A DNA stretch of 64,000 nt, from NCBI GenBank assembly GCA_905479655.1, contig CAJQNK010000005.1, positions 9,544 through 73,543 of the forward strand, in the 5' to 3' direction. Every line of letters starts with the position of its first letter. The stretch's first letter is position 1. This document shows, piece by piece, positions 32,086-42,469 of the stretch. This DNA is from an uncultured bacterium. GTDB lineage: Bacteria > Acidobacteriota > Thermoanaerobaculia > Multivoradales > JAHEKO01. A program made the position numbers and the translations under genes. Below the pieces are notes generated by a model. That model made no database searches. It was not told the origin of the DNA and was given only the letters and a program-made list of their open reading frames with translations.

Positions 32086-33137
32086 GGGAACGGAGCTTCC
32101 GTGGCCTCCGGGCGCACCCGCTCTACCAGCTCACCCGGGCCCGGCTCTTCGAGTTCCTGCGCGAGCCGGAGGCGATCTTCTGGGTCTTCGTCTTCCCCGT
32201 GCTCCTGGCCGTGGCTCTGGGAGTGGCCTTCCGCGCCCAGGAGCCCGAGGCCCTGCCGGTGGGGGTCGAGGCGGGACGGTCGGCGGAGGCGCGCGCGCTC
32301 GCTCTCGGGGAGTCGGAGCGGCTGGCGCCCACCGTGACCTCGCGTGCGGAGGCGGAGCGCCGGCTGCGGACCGGCGAGCTGGCCCTGGTCGTCCTCGACA
32401 CCGAGCCGCCGACCTACTGGTACGACCCGACCCGGCCGGACAGCCGCATCGCCCGGATGGAGGTCGACGCGGTCTTGCAGCGGGCCGCGGGCCGGGCGGA
32501 CACGTTCGAGGCGACGACCCTCGAGATGACGGCGAAGGGGTCGCGCTACATCGACTTCCTGGTGCCGGGCCTCCTGGGCATGAACCTCATGGGCACGGGG
32601 ATGTGGTCGGTCGGTTTCTCCCTGGTCCAGCAACGAGCGGGCAAGCTCCTGAAGCTGTTCGTGGCGGCGCCCATGCTCCGCTGGCAGCTCCTGGCAGGCC
32701 AGGTGTTGGCGCGGCTGCTCTTCCTGGGGCTGGAGGTGGTGACCCTCGTCGGCTTCGCGGTCGTCTTCCTGGACGTGCCGATGAACGGGTCGGTGGCCCT
32801 GCTCGGGCTGGTCGCCGCCGTCGGGGCCCTCGCCTTCGTGGGGATCGGCCTGCTGGTGGCGGCGCGGCCGAGGACGATCGAGGGTGTTTCCGGGCTCATG
32901 AACCTGGCGATGTTCCCGGGCTGGATCTTCTCCGGCGTCTTCTTCTCGACCGAGCGCTTCCCGGACGCCCTGCAACCGGTGATCCAGGCCCTGCCGCTGA
33001 CGGCGCTCAACGACGCGCTGCGCGGCGTGATGCTCGACGACGCCTCCCTGGCCGTCCTGGCCCCGGAGCTGGCGATCCTGGTCGTCTGGGGCGGACTCTC
33101 GTTCTTGGCCGCGCTGCGGATCTTCCGCTGGCAGTAG
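32082..33137 (+). CDS. ABC-2 family transporter permease
   Basis: It is a 6-TM ABC-2 permease. The GTG start overlaps the ATPase stop as GTGA. Confidence 0.75.
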   Translation: MRERSFRGLRAHPLYQLTRARLFEFLREPEAIFWVFVFPVLLAVALGVAFRAQEPEALPVGVEAGRSAEARALALGESERLAPTVTSRAEAERRLRTGELALVVLDTEPPTYWYDPTRPDSRIARMEVDAVLQRAAGRADTFEATTLEMTAKGSRYIDFLVPGLLGMNLMGTGMWSVGFSLVQQRAGKLLKLFVAAPMLRWQLLAGQVLARLLFLGLEVVTLVGFAVVFLDVPMNGSVALLGLVAAVGALAFVGIGLLVAARPRTIEGVSGLMNLAMFPGWIFSGVFFSTERFPDALQPVIQALPLTALNDALRGVMLDDASLAVLAPELAILVVWGGLSFLAALRIFRWQ

Positions 33138-33304
33138 CCGGCGGCCCGAGATGCGGCGGCGGGAGAGGAAGCTCGACCGCTGACGCACCTCCCGGCGGCC
33201 TCGGTCCCGCGCTTGACGCGGGATGGACGCGGCAGTATTCTTGCCGCACTGCGGCATGCGTCGCGAGACCGGGCCGGCCGTCGGACGGTGGGCCCGGAAC
33301 CCCC

Positions 33305-36300
33305 ATGAGCGCCCGATCCCAGTTCCCGCTCGTCGACGGAACGGACCACTCCGCCTGCGGCACGGGGTTCGTGGCCGAGAGCTCCGGCGACTCCTCCCGC
33401 CGGGTCGTGACCCTGGCGCTGAGGGCCTTGGGGCGGCTCGTCCACCGGGGGGCCAGGGCCTCGGACGACGAGTCCGGCGACGGTGCGGGTCTGATGACGG
33501 ACCTGCCTCGCGAGCTCCTCCTCTCGACGCTGGAGGTCCAGCCCGGCCGGACGTTGTCCGACAACGAGACCCTGGGCGCCGCAATGGTCTTCACCACGGC
33601 CGAGGGGCTCGGCGAGATCGAGACCGCCTTCTCCTCGGAGGCGCGCCGCCTCGGTCTTCGCCCGCTGGGGCGCCGGGAGGTTCCCGTCCGACCCGAGGTT
33701 CTCGGCAGCGTGGCGCGGGCGTCGATGCCGCGGATCGTGCAGCTCCTCGTCGCGTGCCCCGACGCCGGCCCGCGCCCCGTCGAGACGCGGCTCTTCCTGC
33801 TCCGCAAGCGGGTCGAGAGGCGGCTCGCGCACCGGCGCGACACCTTCGTCTGCTCGCTGTCGTCGAAGACGGTGGTCTACAAGGGGCTGCTCACCCCCCG
33901 GCAGCTCGAGGCCTTCTACCCCGACCTGGCCGACGACCGGTATCGCAGCCGGTTTGCGGTCTTCCACGAGCGCTTCGCGACGAACACCACCCCCTCGTGG
34001 TCGTTGGCCCAACCCTTTCGCCTGGTGGCCCACAACGGAGAGATCAACACCATCCGGGGTAACCGGCTGTGGATGCGGGCGCGACAGCGGGAGATGGCCT
34101 CGCCGGTGTGGGGGGGCGATCTCGAGACCCTCCTGCCGATCACGGACTCGGAGGTCAGCGACTCCCTGAGTCTCGACCACGTCCTCGAGTTCCTGCACCG
34201 GAGCGGTCGGGACCTCTTCCACAGCCTGATGATGATGATCCCGGACCCCTACGAGGGGGCGCCCGACGTGAGTCCCGAGCTGCGGGACTTCTTCGTCTAC
34301 CACGAGAACCTCATGGAGGCGTGGGACGGACCCGCGGCCGTGATCTTCACGGACGGGGAGGTCGTGGGCGCGAAGCTGGATCGCAACGGCCTGCGACCTT
34401 TGCGCACCGCACTCACCCGGGACGGGCTCGTGGTCGTCGCCTCGGAGGCCGGTGTGGTCGACGTGGCCGAGGAGGATCTGGTCCTCCATCACCACATGCG
34501 CTCGGGCGAGATCTTCGCGGTGCGGCTGGACGGCGGCGGCGTGCTGGGTGACGAGGAGATCAAGCGCTGTGTGGCGGCGGCCGCGCCCTACGGCGAGCTG
34601 GTGGGCAGCTTCGCCGAGATCCGGCGGGAGTCGGCGGCCGGGGAGTTCGGCGACTTCGCGCTCCCCGCGGGCGGGTTCGACCGCCGGCTGCGTCTGGCCT
34701 TCGGCTGGAGCGGGGAGGACCTGTCCCGCTATGTCCTGCCGATGGCGGGTAGCGGTCGCGAGCCGGTCGGCTCGATGGGAGACGACACGCCACCGGCCGT
34801 CCTCTCGGGTCACGACCGTCGTCTCTACGACTACTACAAGCAGGCCTTCGCCCAGGTGACGAACCCGCCGATCGACCCGATCCGCGAGGCCTTCGTCACC
34901 GGGCTCTACAAGTATCTCGGCACCGAGGACAACCTGCTCACCGACCAGCCCCGCTTTCACGGCGCGCTGCGCATCGAGGGCCCCGTCCTCTCGCCGCGGG
35001 AGCTGAGGAGCCTGCAGCAGGCCCACGACTGGTTCCCCCACGACACCGTCACCTGCCACGCAACCCTCGAGCAGGGGTTCGAGGAGCGGCTCCGGGAGAT
35101 CTGCGACTCCTCGGCCCGGGCCGTCGAGGACGGGCGGCGCATCGTCTTCCTGTCCGACGAGCGCCTGGGGCCGGAGAGCCTGCCGATCCCCATGGCCCTG
35201 GCCGTCTCGGCCGTGCACCAGGATCTGATCCGGCGGGGCATCCGCAGCGCCGTGTCGCTGGTCGCGGTCGCCGGCGACGTCGTGAGCGACCACCACGTCG
35301 CCTGCCTGGTCGCGATGGGCGCCAGCGCCGTCTACCCGTACATGGCCTACGAGCTCATCCGCGAGCAGCTCGCCGGCCGGGAGTGGGCCGACTCGATGGC
35401 CAACTACCGGGCGGCGCTCGAGAAGGGCCTGCTGAAGGTGATGGCCAAGATGGGCATCTCGACTGTCAACAGCTACCACGGCTCGATGAACCTCCATGCC
35501 CTGGGCCTCTCCGAGGAGCTGCTGCGGCGCTACTTCCGGCCGATCCGGGGCGCCCTGGGCGGAATCGGCCTGGAGTCGATCCGACGCCAGGCTGGGGCGC
35601 GCTGGGCCCGGGCCTTCGATGGGGGAGACGAGGCCCTGCCGGATCTCGGGCAGTTCCGCTTCCGGCGCCGGGGCGAGCTCCACGCCTTCGCGCCGCCTCG
35701 GGTGCGGGAGATCCGGGCCCGGGCCGACGGAGCGGAGACCCCCGCGGGCGAGGACCGCCTGGTCCATCTGCGGGACCTGTTCGCCTTCCGGTCGGCCGAG
35801 GCGGTGCCGATCGACGAGGTGGAGCCCGGCCCCGCGGTCGTCCGACGGTTCGGATCGGGAGCCATCTCGTTCGGCGCGATCTCCGACGAGACCCACCGGG
35901 TGCTGGCGCGTGGCTTCGCGCTGGTGGGCGGACGCAGCAACACCGGCGAGGGAGGGGAGTCGGCGGACCGCTACGCCCGGGGCCGGGGGGACGCGGGCGA
36001 GAGCTGCTGGGTCAAGCAGGTGGCGAGCGGCCGCTTCGGCGTCACGACGGAGTACCTGGCGGCGGCGCGCGAGATCCAGATCAAGATGGCCCAGGGCGCC
36101 AAGCCGGGGGAGGGCGGGCAGCTTCCGGGTCACAAGGTCACCGTGGAGATCGCCAGCGCCCGCGCCGCGACCCCCGGCATCCCGCTCATCTCCCCGCCGC
36201 CGCACCACGACATCTACTCGATCGAGGACCTCGCGCAGCTCATCTTCGACCTGAAGGCCGTCAACCCGCGGGCGGCGGTCTCGGTGAAGCTGGTGGCGCA

Positions 36301-37759
36301 GCCGGGGATCGGCACGGTCGCCTGCGGCGTGGTCAAGGGCGGGGCGGACGTCGTCCTGGTCTCCGGTGGCGATGGCGGCACCGGCGCCAGTCCGCTGAGC
36401 TCGCTGAAGCACACGGGCTTCCCCTGGGAGCTCGGTCTGGCCGAGACCCACCAGGCCCTGACGGCCACCGGCCTGCGCTCCCGGACCCGCCTGCGGGTGG
36501 ACGGAGGCCTCACCGGAGGACGGGATCTCCTGGTGGCTACGTTGCTGGGCGCCGAGGAGTACGACTTCGGGACGGCCGCGCTGGTGTCCCTGGGGTGCGT
36601 GATGGCGCGTCAGTGCCACCTGAATACCTGTCCCGTGGGTATCGCGACGCAGGACCCGGATCTCCGCCGGCGGTTCCGCGGCACACCGGAGGCCCTGGCG
36701 GCCTACCTGCGCTCGGTGGCGGAGGAGCTCCGTCGGGGGCTGGCCGGCCTGGGCTTCCGGTCCGTCGAGGAGGCGGTGGGCCGCACCGACCGGTTGACAT
36801 CGCGGCCGGACCGGGCCGAGCTGCTGCGGGAGCTCGGGCTCGATCTCGCCCCCATCCTCTCCGCGGGCGGCGAGGGCGGTCTGCCGGTCGCCCGCCCGAT
36901 CGGCGGCGCGGAGGAGCGTCCCGGTCGGCCCGAGTCGCTGGACGAACGGGTCCTCGAGGAGATCCGGCCGCAGCTCCTGACCCACGGCCAGGCCGTCCTC
37001 CATCGGAAGGTGCGCAACACGGATCGCGCGGTCGGCACCCGCATCGCCGGCGAGCTGGCGTTCCTCTACGGCAAGGGGAACTTCCGCGGTCGGGTGCAGC
37101 TCCGGCTGCAGGGCGTCGCCGGCCAGAGCCTGGGCGCCTTCCTGGTGGACGGTCTGGAGCTGCGTCTGCGCGGACTCGCGAACGACTACGTGGGCAAGGG
37201 CATGGGGGGTGGGCTGGTGACGGTGCGGCCCCCGCGGGCCGTCCGGGAGGCGGGCGAGAGTCACACGCTGATCGGCAACGTCGCGCTGTACGGCGCGACG
37301 GGGGGCTCGCTCCTCGTCGGGGGGCGGGCCGGGGAGCGCTTCGCGGTGCGCAACAGCGGCGCCTCGGCGGTGGTGGAGGGGATCGGCAACCACGGCTGCG
37401 AGTACATGACCCGCGGCACGGTGGTCGTCCTGGGCGAGATCGGCCGAAACTTCGGCGCCGGGATGACCGGCGGGGTCGCCTACCTGCTGCCCGGGGACGG
37501 CTCCTGGCGCGACCGGCTGAACGACGAGTTCGTGCGTGCGGACGCGCCCACAGACTCCGACGAAGGGACCTTCCTCCGGTTGCTGCGGGTGCACGTCTTC
37601 CACACGGCCTCCCCGATCGCCTGCCGCCTGCTCGACGAGTGGCCGGCGCGCCGCGAGGAGCTCGCCCGCGTCGTGCCCCGGGCCCAGGACATCGTGGATC
37701 TCCGGGCGATCTACGACCAGCAGGTCGCGGCCCGCATGGGGGTCCTGCTCAACGAGTAG
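33305..37759 (+). CDS. gltB: Glutamate synthase large subunit (GOGAT; possibly a single-subunit Fd-type)
   Basis: The N-terminal amidotransferase catalytic Cys is in MSARSQFPLVDGTDHSACGTGFVAE. The FMN site is AQGAKPGEGGQLPG. A C-terminal GXGXG domain is present. No gltD is adjacent. Confidence 0.9.
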   Translation: MSARSQFPLVDGTDHSACGTGFVAESSGDSSRRVVTLALRALGRLVHRGARASDDESGDGAGLMTDLPRELLLSTLEVQPGRTLSDNETLGAAMVFTTAEGLGEIETAFSSEARRLGLRPLGRREVPVRPEVLGSVARASMPRIVQLLVACPDAGPRPVETRLFLLRKRVERRLAHRRDTFVCSLSSKTVVYKGLLTPRQLEAFYPDLADDRYRSRFAVFHERFATNTTPSWSLAQPFRLVAHNGEINTIRGNRLWMRARQREMASPVWGGDLETLLPITDSEVSDSLSLDHVLEFLHRSGRDLFHSLMMMIPDPYEGAPDVSPELRDFFVYHENLMEAWDGPAAVIFTDGEVVGAKLDRNGLRPLRTALTRDGLVVVASEAGVVDVAEEDLVLHHHMRSGEIFAVRLDGGGVLGDEEIKRCVAAAAPYGELVGSFAEIRRESAAGEFGDFALPAGGFDRRLRLAFGWSGEDLSRYVLPMAGSGREPVGSMGDDTPPAVLSGHDRRLYDYYKQAFAQVTNPPIDPIREAFVTGLYKYLGTEDNLLTDQPRFHGALRIEGPVLSPRELRSLQQAHDWFPHDTVTCHATLEQGFEERLREICDSSARAVEDGRRIVFLSDERLGPESLPIPMALAVSAVHQDLIRRGIRSAVSLVAVAGDVVSDHHVACLVAMGASAVYPYMAYELIREQLAGREWADSMANYRAALEKGLLKVMAKMGISTVNSYHGSMNLHALGLSEELLRRYFRPIRGALGGIGLESIRRQAGARWARAFDGGDEALPDLGQFRFRRRGELHAFAPPRVREIRARADGAETPAGEDRLVHLRDLFAFRSAEAVPIDEVEPGPAVVRRFGSGAISFGAISDETHRVLARGFALVGGRSNTGEGGESADRYARGRGDAGESCWVKQVASGRFGVTTEYLAAAREIQIKMAQGAKPGEGGQLPGHKVTVEIASARAATPGIPLISPPPHHDIYSIEDLAQLIFDLKAVNPRAAVSVKLVAQPGIGTVACGVVKGGADVVLVSGGDGGTGASPLSSLKHTGFPWELGLAETHQALTATGLRSRTRLRVDGGLTGGRDLLVATLLGAEEYDFGTAALVSLGCVMARQCHLNTCPVGIATQDPDLRRRFRGTPEALAAYLRSVAEELRRGLAGLGFRSVEEAVGRTDRLTSRPDRAELLRELGLDLAPILSAGGEGGLPVARPIGGAEERPGRPESLDERVLEEIRPQLLTHGQAVLHRKVRNTDRAVGTRIAGELAFLYGKGNFRGRVQLRLQGVAGQSLGAFLVDGLELRLRGLANDYVGKGMGGGLVTVRPPRAVREAGESHTLIGNVALYGATGGSLLVGGRAGERFAVRNSGASAVVEGIGNHGCEYMTRGTVVVLGEIGRNFGAGMTGGVAYLLPGDGSWRDRLNDEFVRADAPTDSDEGTFLRLLRVHVFHTASPIACRLLDEWPARREELARVVPRAQDIVDLRAIYDQQVAARMGVLLNE

Positions 37760-38102
37760 GCCCGGCGGCGGCCTTCCGCGGCGCCGGAATCTCGAGGGTG
37801 AGCTCCTCCGGTCGCAGGCACCTCTCTTCGTCACAGGCCTGGATCCCGAGGCCCACCGCGGCGACGCCGACCCCTTCGGACGGCTCCCTCTCGACGGTCG
37901 CCCGGATCGTGACGAGCCCCTGGAAGACCGCGAGCGGCTCGGCCTGGAAGCCCAGGGTGACGACCTGCGGCTCGGGATAGTCGACGGCGCCGAGGGTCCG
38001 GGCCGCGAGGAGGTAGCGCTCCTCGCCCAGGGCGTCGCCGGCGAGGGCCAGCGTCGTGATCATCATGCCGTTCCAGGCGGTCAGCACCTTGTCGTCGCGC
38101 AA
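37749..38102 (-). pseudogene. Short ORF of 117 aa that looks like a gene remnant (weak DsbD-alpha/YyaL-like C-terminal similarity). It converges on and overlaps the gltB 3-prime end.
   Basis: It has no signal peptide and no domain start. The segment QACDEERCLRPEELTLEIP resembles the DsbD N-terminal-domain Cys pair region. The call is uncertain. Confidence 0.25.
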
Positions 38103-38198
38103 CGGGTGGACCCGTTCCTCGCGTGCCGCGAGGAGCTTCTCGCGGACCCGGTCGAGGCGGGTCAGCAGCCTTCGCTCCTCTTCGCCTTTGCGTGATCC

Positions 38199-39857
38199 TC
38201 AGTTCGTTCGTCCCCCGGGCACCTGGCTGCCGTCACCCGTGAGCTGCCACTGGATGAGCGACACGGGGATGACGCCGACCGCGTCCATCTCCTCGAAGAA
38301 GCCGGGCAGGCTGAAGTCGTCGCCGAGCTGGTGCTTGCGCTCGGCGAGCAGACGCTCGATCAGGTACTTGCCCGTGACGTAGCTCGAGCCGTAGCCCGGC
38401 TGGCGCAGGTAGAGGAGCTGCTCGAAGCCGAGGAGGTCCAGGTCCGCGCGCATCCACCCGCGCGGGGTCCACTCGACGTGGAAGTCCCGCGCCTCCTGCA
38501 TCGTCTTCTCGTTGCCGTGGACGTAGAGCGATCCCAGGCCGCGCGCCGCCCTCTGCGCCAGCATGATCCAGACGATCTCCCGCACGCGCGGGTTCTCGTC
38601 GTACAGGCCGGCGTGCATCATCATCTCCTCGACCCCGGTGGCGAGACCCTCGGCCCGGCTGTCCCAGATGTTGTTGAGCAGCGGCCCCCGGCGGATCGGG
38701 CTCGGGTGGTGCTCCGCCTCCATCCGGGCCAGATCCCACCAGTGGTAGAAGTGGGTGAAGAGCGTCGTCGGGTCGTAGTGCATGCAGGTGGCGAAGAAGT
38801 TCCGCTCCTCCGGCGGCACGAAGCTCCCTCTCCGGGCCCGTAGCGCGGGCTGCATGTAGTCGCGGACCTCGAGGACCTGGTTCTTCGCCAGGAAGGCCAG
38901 GTAGCGATCGACGGCCTCGTTCGCGCGCCGCTCGTACTCTTCCGGGCTCGAGATGGCGACGAGGGGCGGCAGGTCGCGGTTGCGCTGTTCCTCGAGAGCG
39001 AGGGAGGCGTGGGCGCGGTGCAGCTCCCGGGTCAGGAGCTGGACCTCCTCCTCCCAGGTCATCGGGACCAGGTGGACGTTCTGGAGCGCCCACGTGTAGT
39101 TCTCCCGGCCGATGCCGGAGGGGCCGGTCTTCGACGGCGCCTCCGCCTCCAGCCAGGCGACGAACTCGAGCGTCGCCTCGTGGGCTTCGGCGATGGCCTG
39201 CCGCAGCTCGGCGCCCGCGCCGGCCGTCGTCTCGGCGAGCTCTTCGAGGTCGCGGACCTGGGTCCGGAGGTTGCCGATGCCCGCCACCCAGAGCTCCTCG
39301 GCGTTGCCCACCAGGTTGGCCCGCGCCTGCTTCAGGAGCGGTGCGACGACGCGGATCTCGCCGGCGAGGCGAGCCTCGTCGGCCGCCGACAGCGGGAAGG
39401 CGTAGGTCCAGAGCTCGACCACCCCGTGGTGGGTCGGCCCCTCGTGGGCCGGCGTGTCGCTCTGGGCGGTCCAGATCGAGGTGTAGTAGGCCGGGTCGCG
39501 AGCCCAGGGCTTGCGCACCCGGAGGTCGAAGTCCAGGCCGTTCATCTCGGCCCACACCAGGCGGTGATCGACCTGCTGCTCGACGGGCCAGCCGCTCGGG
39601 TCGATGGCGGCCAGGCGCTCCTGCCAGGCGGGGAGCTCGGCCGCCTTGCGCGCCATGTTCTCCGCCGTGTAGTCGGGAGCGCCGTCGCGGGTGCCGGGGC
39701 GCTCGAAGGCGCGCCACTCCTCGAACAGCCGGACGAGGTCGTCGTAGGTGGCCTCGGTGGCGACTGACGGCATCGCGACGAGGACGAGGGCAAGGGCCAG
39801 GGCGACGCGTGTCAGGAGGGCGGCGGGGCGACGGAGTCGGTCTCGGGTGGCCATCAT
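38199..39857 (-). CDS. Secreted DUF885-like protein
   Basis: The signal peptide is [33 protein letters not shown]. It is a paralogue of the DUF885 gene at 56530-58347. An AGAGAGGA ribosome-binding site lies upstream. Confidence 0.55.
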   Translation of the reverse strand: MMATRDRLRRPAALLTRVALALALVLVAMPSVATEATYDDLVRLFEEWRAFERPGTRDGAPDYTAENMARKAAELPAWQERLAAIDPSGWPVEQQVDHRLVWAEMNGLDFDLRVRKPWARDPAYYTSIWTAQSDTPAHEGPTHHGVVELWTYAFPLSAADEARLAGEIRVVAPLLKQARANLVGNAEELWVAGIGNLRTQVRDLEELAETTAGAGAELRQAIAEAHEATLEFVAWLEAEAPSKTGPSGIGRENYTWALQNVHLVPMTWEEEVQLLTRELHRAHASLALEEQRNRDLPPLVAISSPEEYERRANEAVDRYLAFLAKNQVLEVRDYMQPALRARRGSFVPPEERNFFATCMHYDPTTLFTHFYHWWDLARMEAEHHPSPIRRGPLLNNIWDSRAEGLATGVEEMMMHAGLYDENPRVREIVWIMLAQRAARGLGSLYVHGNEKTMQEARDFHVEWTPRGWMRADLDLLGFEQLLYLRQPGYGSSYVTGKYLIERLLAERKHQLGDDFSLPGFFEEMDAVGVIPVSLIQWQLTGDGSQVPGGRTN

Positions 39858-40052
39858 TCGGGTCCTCTCTTGCTGGGCTGGTCGTCGGACGGAGAATCTC
39901 TCACGCAAAGGCGCAAAGGCGCAGAGGCGCAAAGGCACGAGGACACCAAGGACGCGGCGAGCTCGGCGGGAGGGCCCCGCCGGCTGCTCTTCGCGTCTTC
40001 GGGTCTGCGCGTGAACCCGGGGTCGGACGACCCCTCGGCTCAGCTAGGTGCA

Positions 40053-42344
40053 CTAGAACCTGCGCACCAGCTCGATGCCGAGGATCCGGGGCTCGTTGGT
40101 GAAGCCGGTGAGGTTGTTGAAGTCGATGGCGCCGCGCAGGATCTCCTCGTCGAAGAGGTTGCGGGCGAACAGCGCGGCCTCGTACTTCGCCTCCATGAAG
40201 GCGTAGCCGAGGCGCAGGCCGACCTCGAAGGAATCGGAGTTGAACTCGGCCGACTCGTAGAGGAAGAAGCTCTTTTCGTCGTGGTACGCCCAGTCCAGCG
40301 TGCCCATGAAGAGGCCGTTGCGGAGCGGCTTGCGGAAGTCGATGATGCCGTTGAAGATCCACTCCGGCGCGTGCGGCAGGCTGTTGCCGTTCAGCACCAC
40401 CTCGCCGTTGGGGGCGATGGGGTCGAGGATCGTACAGCCGCCTCCGCACGGGGCGATGGTCAGGTTCGGGTCCTGGATCTCGGTGTTGTTGTTGGACAGG
40501 CCGAGGGTCAACAGCCACTCCGGGGACGGGGCGAACTCGACGGCGGCCTCGAAGCCGTACCCTTCCGTCTTGTCGGCGTTGACCAGGCTGTTGACGTTGA
40601 ACTGGCCGCCGACGATGGTGATCTGCTGGTTGTCGACCTGGTACCAGAACGCCGTGAGGTCGTAGCGGACGCTGCGCTTCTCCGTCTTGACGCCGACCTC
40701 GGCCGAGAAGATGTCCTCGGAGTCGGCGACGGTCAGGCCGTTGGACTCGGGGTCGGTCCCGCCCACGAAGTCGGGCGCGAACAGGATCCGTCCCTGGATG
40801 CTCGGGGCGCGGAAACTGGTCGCCAGCCGGCCGTAGACGTTGGTCTCGGGGGTCGCCGCGTAGACGGCGGAGAGGTCCCAGCTCACGAAGTCGTCGTCGG
40901 TCTTGGCGGTGAGCGGCTCGATCAGGAAGGAGTTGAAGGTCGGGTCGGGCCGGTCGGCCAGGAAGTCCTTCTTGTCGCTCGTGTAGCGCAGGCCGGCCTT
41001 CACGTCGAGTCGGTCGCTGACCTCGTAGTCCAGGGAGCCGAACAACGCCCACGACTCGGCCTGCTGATCCTGGAAGGCGTAGCCGTCCTGGGGGTTGCCC
41101 GGGGAGAAGCTGTCGAAGCTGTAGGTCTCGGCCCGCAGATCCTCGTCGAAGTAGTACACGCCGACCAGCCAGCCCAGGCGGCTGTCCGAGTCGTTGCTCG
41201 CCAGGCGGATCTCCTGGGTGAACTGGTCGATGTCCGGGATGCCGTCGGCGGTCTCGGAGGGAAACGGGATGAACCCGGGTCCGAAGGGCGGGAAGAACAC
41301 CGCGCCGAAGCCGCCGTCGATGTCGCCCCGGCTCAGCATGTCCAGGGTCTCGAAGCCGGTGATCGAGGTGAGGGTGGAGGAGCCCAGGTCGTAGTCGAGC
41401 TTCAGGACGCCGCCGTGCGCCGAGATGTCCTGCTGGTTCAGGCCGTCCTGGAAGATCATCTCCTGGTCGAAGTCGCTGGTGAAGGCGTTGGTTCCGGGCT
41501 GGATGATGTTGGCCCGGAAGATCCGGGCGGTTCCGTCGACGTCCCAGGTGTGGAGGTTGAGCAGGCCGCTGAAACGCTCGTTGGGCTCCCACAGGAACTG
41601 CAGGCGGGCGGCGTAGTTGTCGTAGCCACCCAGGGCGTTGTTCCTGCCCGTGAAGCCGTTGTCGACCCAGTCGCTCTTCGACTGGTAGAGGAGCGAGAAG
41701 CGGGCGGAGAGCGTTTCGGTGAGCGGACCGCCGATCGCGCCGCGGAAGTCGACCGTGTCGAAGGTGCCGTAGGAGAGGCGGGCGAAGCCGTCCTTCTCCC
41801 GGGTGGGCTTCTTCGAGTCGAACTTGACCACGCCGGCGGGGGTGTTGCGGCCGAACAGCGTCCCCTGGGGGCCGCGCAGCACCTCGGTGCGCTCCAGGTC
41901 GAAGAGCGGCATGCCCTTGACCACCGGGTTCTCCAGCACGACCTCGTCGTACACCATCGAGACGGGCTGGGAGGCGTTCAGGTCGAAGTCCGTGTTGCCC
42001 AGGCCGCGGATGTAGAAACGGGGGAAGGCGCGCCCGAACGACGACTCGATCTGGAGGCTCGGAACCCGCCCGGAGAGGAACCGCACGTCGACGCCGCCGG
42101 TGGTGAGGATCTCCATCTGCTCCTCGTTGAGCGTCGACAGCGAGATCGGCACCTCCTTCGGGTCCTCCTCGCGGCGCTGGGCCGTCACGACGATCACGTC
42201 GAGGACCGCCGACTCCATCGTCGGCTCGTCCCCGCTGGCCGCGCCCTCCTCTTCGGCCGGCTGGGCGAACGAAGGCACGCCGCAGAGCAGCAGGAGAACC
42301 CCGGCGAAAAAGATCGACAGGCGTCGGGTCGTTGGGTCGGCCAT
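40053..42344 (-). CDS. TonB-dependent outer-membrane receptor
   Basis: It has a signal peptide. The TonB box is DVIVVTA. The plug and 22-strand barrel are present, and the protein ends in a C-terminal F (…ELVRRF). Confidence 0.85.
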   Translation of the reverse strand: MADPTTRRLSIFFAGVLLLLCGVPSFAQPAEEEGAASGDEPTMESAVLDVIVVTAQRREEDPKEVPISLSTLNEEQMEILTTGGVDVRFLSGRVPSLQIESSFGRAFPRFYIRGLGNTDFDLNASQPVSMVYDEVVLENPVVKGMPLFDLERTEVLRGPQGTLFGRNTPAGVVKFDSKKPTREKDGFARLSYGTFDTVDFRGAIGGPLTETLSARFSLLYQSKSDWVDNGFTGRNNALGGYDNYAARLQFLWEPNERFSGLLNLHTWDVDGTARIFRANIIQPGTNAFTSDFDQEMIFQDGLNQQDISAHGGVLKLDYDLGSSTLTSITGFETLDMLSRGDIDGGFGAVFFPPFGPGFIPFPSETADGIPDIDQFTQEIRLASNDSDSRLGWLVGVYYFDEDLRAETYSFDSFSPGNPQDGYAFQDQQAESWALFGSLDYEVSDRLDVKAGLRYTSDKKDFLADRPDPTFNSFLIEPLTAKTDDDFVSWDLSAVYAATPETNVYGRLATSFRAPSIQGRILFAPDFVGGTDPESNGLTVADSEDIFSAEVGVKTEKRSVRYDLTAFWYQVDNQQITIVGGQFNVNSLVNADKTEGYGFEAAVEFAPSPEWLLTLGLSNNNTEIQDPNLTIAPCGGGCTILDPIAPNGEVVLNGNSLPHAPEWIFNGIIDFRKPLRNGLFMGTLDWAYHDEKSFFLYESAEFNSDSFEVGLRLGYAFMEAKYEAALFARNLFDEEILRGAIDFNNLTGFTNEPRILGIELVRRF

Positions 42345-42469
42345 TCTTGCCCCCTCTCAGGTTGGTTCGAACGGCAAAACTCTATCATCCGAGGAGGGGC
42401 CGTCGCACCCCGGAGGAGCGCCCGGAGCCGGCTCTCGTTGAACCGCGGCGAGAGTTGGCAAGGGTGGTC

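Noticed and set aside
32546-37834. A 1762-aa ORF antisense to gltB, and other internal gltB-overlapping ORFs
   Set aside because: It is an antisense GC artefact. The sense frame encodes full-length GOGAT with catalytic motifs.
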